A DNA stretch of 64,000 nucleotides, from positions 1 to 64,000 of the IMG/VR virus record IMGVR_UViG_3300050509_000509; one strand, written 5' to 3'. Source of the DNA: a virus (lineage: Duplodnaviria; Caudoviricetes). The translations under genes and the position numbers were made by a program. The notes under the pieces were generated by a model. It made no database searches. It had not been told where the DNA came from and was given only the letters and a program-made list of their open reading frames with translations. Below, in pieces: positions 57,898 through 64,000 of this stretch (within the stretch, counting starts at the first letter, position 1; each line of letters opens with the position of its first letter).

Positions 57898-59313
57898 TTA
57901 TGGTGTGAATGTAATTTGCACAAAATCTGCACCTGTAAAAGTTTGCGGATCAAATGTCTCAGTTGCTCCAGCTACCACAATTGTATCTACCGGCGAGCCG
58001 TTAATCAGTAGTGTAAGTGTTGCACCAGCGCCTCCTGTGAGATCTACAGCAATAGACATACTCGTTTCATCTCCATGGGTACCCACCAGGTTCTGACCAT
58101 TTGATAATGGGAAAGATCCTCCTGTTGGTACATAAAAAGCAGGAGTTACATCATCTATAGTAGATCCTGCAACTGAATTAGCTACCTGAAAGTTGAATGT
58201 TGTTGTGGTAGTCGTTGTAGTAGTACTTGTAGTACTTGTTGTTGTACTGGTCGTAGTAGTGGTTGTAGTTGTAGTAGTTGTAGTTGTACAAGGTATAGTC
58301 TCTGTAGTAAGAACCTGTCTGCAAAAAGCAGGTCCTTCACATAGAACTAATGAATAGTCAGTAGGGCACTCATACCCTATACCACCTGATCCTACCTGTA
58401 CATCTTCGCCGATATAATCCTTGGTAGAGAATATCAACCCCGAGCCCATTGATGCATAGGAAGTGGCAGCTTGCAACTGCGCAGAAGTGAGATTGTATAT
58501 CTCCGCTCCCATAGCAGCAACAGAGCTTACGTTATGTCCAATGATTTCTATCACATGATCTCCTGCAGCAAGCGAAACAGGGTAGATATGCCATAACTTA
58601 AAGGCAAGATCCACACCTATACCTGGAAAGCCATGTGTATTGAAATAGGCTGCCATTGCTGTAGGATCCATCTCTACAACAGTATTGCCATCAATACGAA
58701 TGATGGACAGATTATCTGCACCCGTTCCTACATAATAAGTAGCATTGGCAGGAACTGTTACACATACCGAAAAGCCTACGTCCTGGTTAGATACTGTAGT
58801 AGTTGCCCATAACCCTGCTCGATTCAATGGTCCATCTACCAGTGTACTACTACCATTAATCCAAAAGGAATTGCCAGTACTAATCTGTGTATAGGTACCA
58901 AATCCCTGTACATCATATCCTGGATCGTAGATCAGTGTTCCAAATTGCCCGTAATTTGTGTTATTCTGTTCTACAGTCGCCTCAGGAGAACTGGGTGGGG
59001 TTGCTGTAGTTTCGTTAATCTGAAAACAATATGTACCGTCCTCTGAGAGGGTGTACGATGGTGGGCAGCATTCGCCCCCTGCTGTGAATATTTGAAATGT
59101 TGTAGAGCGGGGACCGCATGCAATTCCATTAGTAGTAAGCCTTACATCATAGGTAACATTTTCCTCTATTTCCAGTACATAACTGTTGGTAATAGTAGGA
59201 TTGTTCGGGCTTGTTGGAGTGATCCAATCAGGATCTCCCTGAACACGATATTCTACCAGCGTACTTAATGAGCCTGGCACAAAATTCCATGTTATCGTCG
59301 CGAATGCACTCAT
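57898..59313 (-). CDS. Fn3-like, Cys-rich virion protein with internal poly-Thr tract
   Basis: N-terminal Fn3-like domain, CPPSY/CPTDY motifs, 30-residue T/S tract at 58198-58287. Confidence 0.7.
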   Translation of the reverse strand: MSAFATITWNFVPGSLSTLVEYRVQGDPDWITPTSPNNPTITNSYVLEIEENVTYDVRLTTNGIACGPRSTTFQIFTAGGECCPPSYTLSEDGTYCFQINETTATPPSSPEATVEQNNTNYGQFGTLIYDPGYDVQGFGTYTQISTGNSFWINGSSTLVDGPLNRAGLWATTTVSNQDVGFSVCVTVPANATYYVGTGADNLSIIRIDGNTVVEMDPTAMAAYFNTHGFPGIGVDLAFKLWHIYPVSLAAGDHVIEIIGHNVSSVAAMGAEIYNLTSAQLQAATSYASMGSGLIFSTKDYIGEDVQVGSGGIGYECPTDYSLVLCEGPAFCRQVLTTETIPCTTTTTTTTTTTTTSTTTSTTSTTTTTTTTTFNFQVANSVAGSTIDDVTPAFYVPTGGSFPLSNGQNLVGTHGDETSMSIAVDLTGGAGATLTLLINGSPVDTIVVAGATETFDPQTFTGADFVQITFTP

Positions 59314-60726
59314 TTATGGGGTTGTAGTAGTAGTTGTGGTTGTTGAAGTAGTTGTAGTAGTGGTTCCACCTGGTGTATATATTACCTGTACATTACTCGG
59401 CGCATCACATGGAGAAGGACATCCTGCTACAGCGGAGCAAAATGCCTGATATAAACCTGTATCTGTCTGCAATGCATCAATCAATGATTGAAATAGTGTA
59501 ACCGCATTTACTCCTACGTTGAGTACAACTACTTCATTGGTGGTATCTACTGATGGTATTACCTGAATACCATTGGTGACCCCACCTGCTGTGATCTTGG
59601 CTCCCAGATAATCCGGGCTGCCATCTGTTCCATCTACGGCTACTTTATGATCTCCTGTTCCTGATCCACCTGTGCTATTTATTATCACAGAGTCAGGGAT
59701 AGTCAGGAAGTCAAATGTTATATTGGTTCCTGGGACAACTTTATCCTGGAATACACCAGGAGACATATCTGATGCTGTTACAGCAAATAATCTGTCTGCA
59801 TTCACCAATGGAGCAAGCTCAACATTCTTACCCAGACACAGATTCCCGTTACTTACATTACTTATAGTAAAGTCTCCTGACCACTGGGTAGGCAATGCCT
59901 GAGCAATAGCTGTGACCCGGGTGAGTATATTCTGTAGTGTATCTTGCAGGTTCTGTGCGCCCGATGGTTGCGTTACACAACCCCAGGTGAGCGTAGTAGT
60001 ATCCAGAGTACCAGTCTGACAAAGTCTTGTCTTGATTTTGTTGACAGTATCTACCAATGTGTCACTGGCCGTGAGCGGTGCAGGCAAACAACTTCCTATA
60101 TTATTGAAAGTTGGGAGTACAGCTCCTGCATCGACAGCTGTTTTCAGCAGGCATATCTGGTCAATGAGTATATTGAATCCTTCCTCTGGAGTATCCGGAG
60201 CAGGACTAACTACATAACAGCTGCTCCAGTCTGCTGCAGATACATCGAGCAGCGCATCTATAGCACCGAACTTAGTACAGTAAGCATTCAGCACTTGCTG
60301 TAGGGTCATTCCTGATGTTACACTTGCAGTAGCACACGTAATACCTGGCACTTCCAGGGCATCCAGCCTTCCATCAATAGTAGTCTGGTAAGCAGGGAAG
60401 GTAGTATCTACGAATGTATCGAACTCATCTCTGAGATCGCACACAAAGGCGGAGATGGATTCAACAAATTCCTGCTGTGTGGAGATAGGCGCAAGACAGA
60501 ATGTATTATACTGCGAGTAATCTCCTGTTGATGCACACAGTAATGGATCTATCTTCTGCAAGATTGTCTGTAGGTCATCATTAGTCTCAATACCTGAGCA
60601 TTCAAGGGCAGGTCCTGTATATATTACACAGGCTGCATCAAGTGCGCAGGGAGTAGTGCTGGTGCAGTTAGCTGGAACAAATCCAGTTACTGTAGCAGTT
60701 GTTTGTATGCAATTTGTACAGGCCAT
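59314..60726 (-). CDS. Cys-rich tail/fibre protein ending T6-S-T8-P
   Basis: Repeated LQxxL helical modules with Cys; T/S tail at 59320-59364. Confidence 0.7.
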   Translation of the reverse strand: MACTNCIQTTATVTGFVPANCTSTTPCALDAACVIYTGPALECSGIETNDDLQTILQKIDPLLCASTGDYSQYNTFCLAPISTQQEFVESISAFVCDLRDEFDTFVDTTFPAYQTTIDGRLDALEVPGITCATASVTSGMTLQQVLNAYCTKFGAIDALLDVSAADWSSCYVVSPAPDTPEEGFNILIDQICLLKTAVDAGAVLPTFNNIGSCLPAPLTASDTLVDTVNKIKTRLCQTGTLDTTTLTWGCVTQPSGAQNLQDTLQNILTRVTAIAQALPTQWSGDFTISNVSNGNLCLGKNVELAPLVNADRLFAVTASDMSPGVFQDKVVPGTNITFDFLTIPDSVIINSTGGSGTGDHKVAVDGTDGSPDYLGAKITAGGVTNGIQVIPSVDTTNEVVVLNVGVNAVTLFQSLIDALQTDTGLYQAFCSAVAGCPSPCDAPSNVQVIYTPGGTTTTTTSTTTTTTTTP

Positions 60727-61802
60727 TATGGGATATACATTATATAGTTAGCGCCCATTGAAGGCTGAATATTGTTATGTGGCTGTCCTCCACCTGAGCT
60801 TCCCAGAGTTATACCAGTAGTTGCCGTTTGACAAGCTGTTGTATTGGTGAAGAAGAAGCCACTTTCATTTTGTCCTTTATCTCCACCTGCAAACCGGGTA
60901 GTATTGTTATTATCGTTATTGTCACCACCTGTCTGACCAAGGATGTTATGTTTGTGACCGGGATCTGTCACGCCATGGGTATGAGCAGGTGTTTCAGGTA
61001 TGGTAAGTGTATGACCACCTTCACCAAACTTCATAGATAGTTCCCAATTGGGGTTGAAGGTGCTTACTGCAGGATCTACTGCAGCATCCAGGCTTCCACC
61101 AGGGACACTTCTTATTGCACCGACAATTGTCCGACCTCTGAGATCAGGCGTTCCGTTCTGCCCATTGCATAGGTATATCTTTTGATATCCAAGGGCTGTT
61201 ACACCTATCCCCCCCGAGTCAAAATTGCTGAGCGGACCAAAGTAAGCTTGTGCTACATAAGGTACCATCCTGCTATTAAACTGCGATGTGCCAGCATTAT
61301 CATTTATAATTTGTATGACCAGATTAGTAAGATCACTCAGGCGCACGTACGTTGTTGGGATTTCATCCACCGTAGCACTTACTTCACAGAGAAGGGTAAC
61401 GGCGGCTTGGAGAATATCATCCCTTGTTGGGTTACTGCCCAGTCCTGTAAGACATGCTGTATTAAATACGGGATTATCGGCAAGCTGCTCATCTATCCCA
61501 TCAATTAACTCCTTAAGCGTACAACCCGTATTCCATAGAATCTGTAGTATATTCTGCAACGTTTTTGGCAGGACGCCTAACTGATCCTCCATGAAGCTGC
61601 AGCCAGATACAGTAAGTTCTTCTATGGTAATGCCTGTACCATCAGAAAGAGAAAGCAGTCTCTCCACTATGGCAGCTTCAAGTTGAGACAAAGTATCTCC
61701 CTGGCAAATGCCCAGTTCCGGGATATCAGGACCCGTATACTGCACACATCTGTCTGACAGTATTGTTTCACAATTTTGAAGACAATCTCTACAAATTGCC
61801 AT
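60726..61802 (-). CDS. Tail collar domain fibre protein (T4 gp12-like)
   Basis: YLCNGQNGTPDLRGRTIVG, HTLT..ETPAHTH, HKH, HNNIQP. Confidence 0.85.
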   Translation of the reverse strand: MAICRDCLQNCETILSDRCVQYTGPDIPELGICQGDTLSQLEAAIVERLLSLSDGTGITIEELTVSGCSFMEDQLGVLPKTLQNILQILWNTGCTLKELIDGIDEQLADNPVFNTACLTGLGSNPTRDDILQAAVTLLCEVSATVDEIPTTYVRLSDLTNLVIQIINDNAGTSQFNSRMVPYVAQAYFGPLSNFDSGGIGVTALGYQKIYLCNGQNGTPDLRGRTIVGAIRSVPGGSLDAAVDPAVSTFNPNWELSMKFGEGGHTLTIPETPAHTHGVTDPGHKHNILGQTGGDNNDNNNTTRFAGGDKGQNESGFFFTNTTACQTATTGITLGSSGGGQPHNNIQPSMGANYIMYIP

Positions 61803-61804
61803 AT

Positions 61805-62722
61805 CTAAGGTGTTGTTGTAGTTGTAGTTGTGGTACTTGTCGTCGTAGTAGTGGTAGTCGTTGTAGTTGTTGTCGTACAGACATTACCTGTATCTGTAAC
61901 AATGATCACCACTGCCTGCGAGTTGTCCACCACTACACCTGTGAACGTATATATTGATGCTCCGCTATAATTCTGACACTGAGCTACATCATCACTTCCA
62001 GTAATCTGTATATAACCAAACGGATCCCCGTCAACTGTTATAGTGAATTCACCAGGAATAAAGCTGGCAGGTATATCTGCTGTTTTGCTCTGACCTGCAA
62101 GCACAGGGTATGCACCTGTGGCAGGACCATTTTCATTTGGCGGGTACCTATCGTATTCCACAAGCAATACTGCAACTCCACCCACATTGGCATTATTGGT
62201 CACCGTTAGCTCCGGTGAAGCTGTAGTGGTTGTAGTGGTTGTAGTACTGGTGGTGGAAGAAGTACTTGTACTTGTCGTGCTACTTGTTGTGGTGGAAGTA
62301 GTCGTACTGGTGGTAGTACTTGTCGTTGTACTCGTAGTACTGGTCGTCGTGGATGTAGTTGTAGATGTCGTAGTCGAAGTAGTCGATGTAGTTGTACTGG
62401 TGGTAGTTGTCGTCGTGGTATACGTCGGCAAAAATATCCCCCTTGCTACTTTCTGTACTCCGGCTGTCAGGGCATTTACCCTGGAAACTATCTGTGCGAC
62501 TGTATAGTCGCAATAAAATCCTTGATTCCATCTGAGGTCTTCAAGTATCTTACGATAATAAATCAGTGCCCGTACTCTCCCAAAGGGCGTCGGTCGGGTG
62601 GTAAGATACGTTACATTTTGCCAACCATTCTTACCATACTGGGCCAGTACTGCATCAACTGCACAGATGGCATCCTCTAAAGAGGAGCAATCTGAACAAT
62701 CCTTTACCAGAAATCCGACCAT
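61805..62722 (-). CDS. Virion protein with two poly-Thr/Ser tracts (66 and 22 residues)
   Basis: Tracts at 62222-62419 and 61811-61876; ends S-T8-P-stop. Confidence 0.75.
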   Translation of the reverse strand: MVGFLVKDCSDCSSLEDAICAVDAVLAQYGKNGWQNVTYLTTRPTPFGRVRALIYYRKILEDLRWNQGFYCDYTVAQIVSRVNALTAGVQKVARGIFLPTYTTTTTTTSTTTSTTSTTTSTTTSTTTSTTSTTTSTTTSTTTSTTTSSTTSTSTSSTTSTTTTTTTTASPELTVTNNANVGGVAVLLVEYDRYPPNENGPATGAYPVLAGQSKTADIPASFIPGEFTITVDGDPFGYIQITGSDDVAQCQNYSGASIYTFTGVVVDNSQAVVIIVTDTGNVCTTTTTTTTTTTTTSTTTTTTTTP

Positions 62723-62853
62723 CTCTTTATAAATTTACTTGTCGTGTTCTTAAACTTTTCATAGCATGCTACACAATATCCATTGATCAGTTGGCAAGCT
62801 GCCATCCGAATATTACAGTCTGGATTCTTGCACTTTTTACTGGCACATCCCAT
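62704..62853 (-). CDS. 49-aa Cys-rich protein (not in the ORF track)
   Basis: MGCASKKCKNPDCNIRMAACQLINGYCVACYEKF...; AAAACCAAG leader 3 nt before ATG; fills the intergenic gap. Confidence 0.65.
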   Translation of the reverse strand: MGCASKKCKNPDCNIRMAACQLINGYCVACYEKFKNTTSKFIKRWSDFW

Positions 62854-62864
62854 ACACTTGGTTT

Positions 62865-63437
62865 TTAGCACCACAGAGTCGGCGCAACACCCCTACACCT
62901 ATCTCTGAGGAAGTTGTCAATCATAGTATTGGCAAGCTTGTATAGATTCATAGCCAATAGATTATTGCACTGGTTGGCTGCTGCTATAGCTGCCTGTATA
63001 TAAAACCATACCTCATCAAGCACTTTCATCTGTTCTGTCTTTACATCCTGATTGCATTGCACCAGGTCAGTCTTCAGGAAAGCACGTCCAAATTTCTGTT
63101 CCAGTTTAGTGGTGCGGATAAATGTTCTTTCTATATTGAAAGTGATTGGTGGAGCAATAGTTTGTTTGACCGTCCATATTCCATCTGGCAGATCAATTAA
63201 CTGGCTTACCTCACTCACGCAGGTGATGTTGAGCGTGTTACTATTGAATACCGTCATAGCACCTGCTGTATATGCCACTGTTGCCTTCATGAAACTGGGC
63301 GGCGTTATCTCCAATGTAGGGTTAGTTACTGCAAAATTTGACGGATAAAATGAAGTATCCGCAATCCCTAATGTTAGGGTGTTGTGGGTATCTACCACTA
63401 CAAAGTCTAATATAGGTGATGTCTCTGGATAAGCCAT
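62865..63437 (-). CDS. Structural protein (crAss tail hub-like)
   Basis: 190 aa, LPDGIW motif; TAATG-coupled within the virion module. Confidence 0.55.
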   Translation of the reverse strand: MAYPETSPILDFVVVDTHNTLTLGIADTSFYPSNFAVTNPTLEITPPSFMKATVAYTAGAMTVFNSNTLNITCVSEVSQLIDLPDGIWTVKQTIAPPITFNIERTFIRTTKLEQKFGRAFLKTDLVQCNQDVKTEQMKVLDEVWFYIQAAIAAANQCNNLLAMNLYKLANTMIDNFLRDRCRGVAPTLWC

Positions 63438-63967
63438 TACTGCTCGTTTGTTGATATTTGACCATCAGCCGAGATCCATATAGGCCGTATATTCGCTGGC
63501 TGAGCAATTTTCCATATAGGTCTGCGTACAGCTATTGCCCTATTCTTCATAATGCGAGTGATAGTCACTGCATCAGATTGGTTACCACCTATTACATGAT
63601 AGGTCGTTGCATCTTCAGCAACATATAATGCTACATGACCACCTTTCTCTCTTTTAAATACTACCACATCTCCGAGAGATGGTAAGGGGGATGGGTTACC
63701 AAATTTCTTCCAGCTAAGAGCCCATAATGGGTCAGTAGGAATCTCTTTGTCAGCCCATTTAGCTACAATAGCCATAAAAAGTCCACACCAAGGAACACTA
63801 TCCGCCGAATAGATCTTCTGCAGACCCAGTTCCCTGGCCCAAGATAGGATCTCTTCGTTGTCGGCATTACCAGGTTGCTCCTTGGTGCCATATAGCGCGA
63901 GAGCTACATCCAGCATCTTAGGACCCGGTTCATCCATCAACCATTGATATTTCTGCGGTAGTATCAT
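63437..63967 (-). CDS. TIGR02594-like NlpC/P60-CHAP peptidoglycan hydrolase (endolysin)
   Basis: GTKE.PG, VPWCGLF (catalytic Cys), GDVVVF.R..GGHVALY, IGGNQSDAV. Confidence 0.85.
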   Translation of the reverse strand: MILPQKYQWLMDEPGPKMLDVALALYGTKEQPGNADNEEILSWARELGLQKIYSADSVPWCGLFMAIVAKWADKEIPTDPLWALSWKKFGNPSPLPSLGDVVVFKREKGGHVALYVAEDATTYHVIGGNQSDAVTITRIMKNRAIAVRRPIWKIAQPANIRPIWISADGQISTNEQ

Positions 63968-64000
63968 AGTCTTTTAGTAAAAAAGGCCAGGAGCGGAAAC

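Larger units (their letters stand above)
75..60436. repeat. Dispersed palindromic 9-mer TCTCWGAGA (at least 35 exact copies)
   Basis: Copies counted by eye across the window, e.g. 75, 412, 3311, 5261, 7550, 9972, 11168 ... 57228, 60428. Confidence 0.9.

Noticed and set aside
1-64000. Stop-codon reassignment (TAG or TGA) as in some crAss-like phages
   Set aside because: Code 11 gives dense, intact ORFs up to 4150 aa, and all three stops end credible genes.
63978-64000. Possible - strand terminator at the window edge
   Set aside because: Only the T-tract and one stem arm are visible; truncated.
1-64000. tRNA or rRNA genes
   Set aside because: No cloverleaf or T-loop consensus seen in the few intergenic gaps.

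Overview
This is 64 kb of a crAss-like (Crassvirales-type) phage genome in standard code 11, probably infecting an environmental Bacteroidota host. A + strand replication/recombination arm (1-12350) carries primase, UDG, a Ubl-E2-JAB-E1 ubiquitin-like cassette, two PD-(D/E)xK nucleases, RecA and small ORFs. It meets a long - strand virion/lysis arm (12410-63967) at a hairpin terminator. That arm holds an endolysin, Cys-rich tail proteins, ring and muzzle proteins, giant cargo proteins including a 4150-aa virion RNA polymerase (GSDFDID), and a glycosyltransferase/methyltransferase cluster. Five signals stand out. (1) Five proteins carry mucin-like poly-Thr tracts, three ending in an identical S-T8-P-stop tag, and one lies next to a glycosyltransferase resembling plant peptide O-glycosyltransferases: a candidate virion O-glycosylation system. 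(2) The 9-bp palindrome TCTCWGAGA occurs at least 35 times, roughly every 1.8 kb, inside coding sequence. (3) A ~300-nt multi-stem, pseudoknotted RNA lies directly upstream of a Vsr/DUF559-like endonuclease. (4) The ubiquitin-like conjugation cassette looks complete. (5) There is a canonical -1 frameshift signal with a possible pseudoknot at 12087. All family calls come from motif recognition by eye, without database searches.
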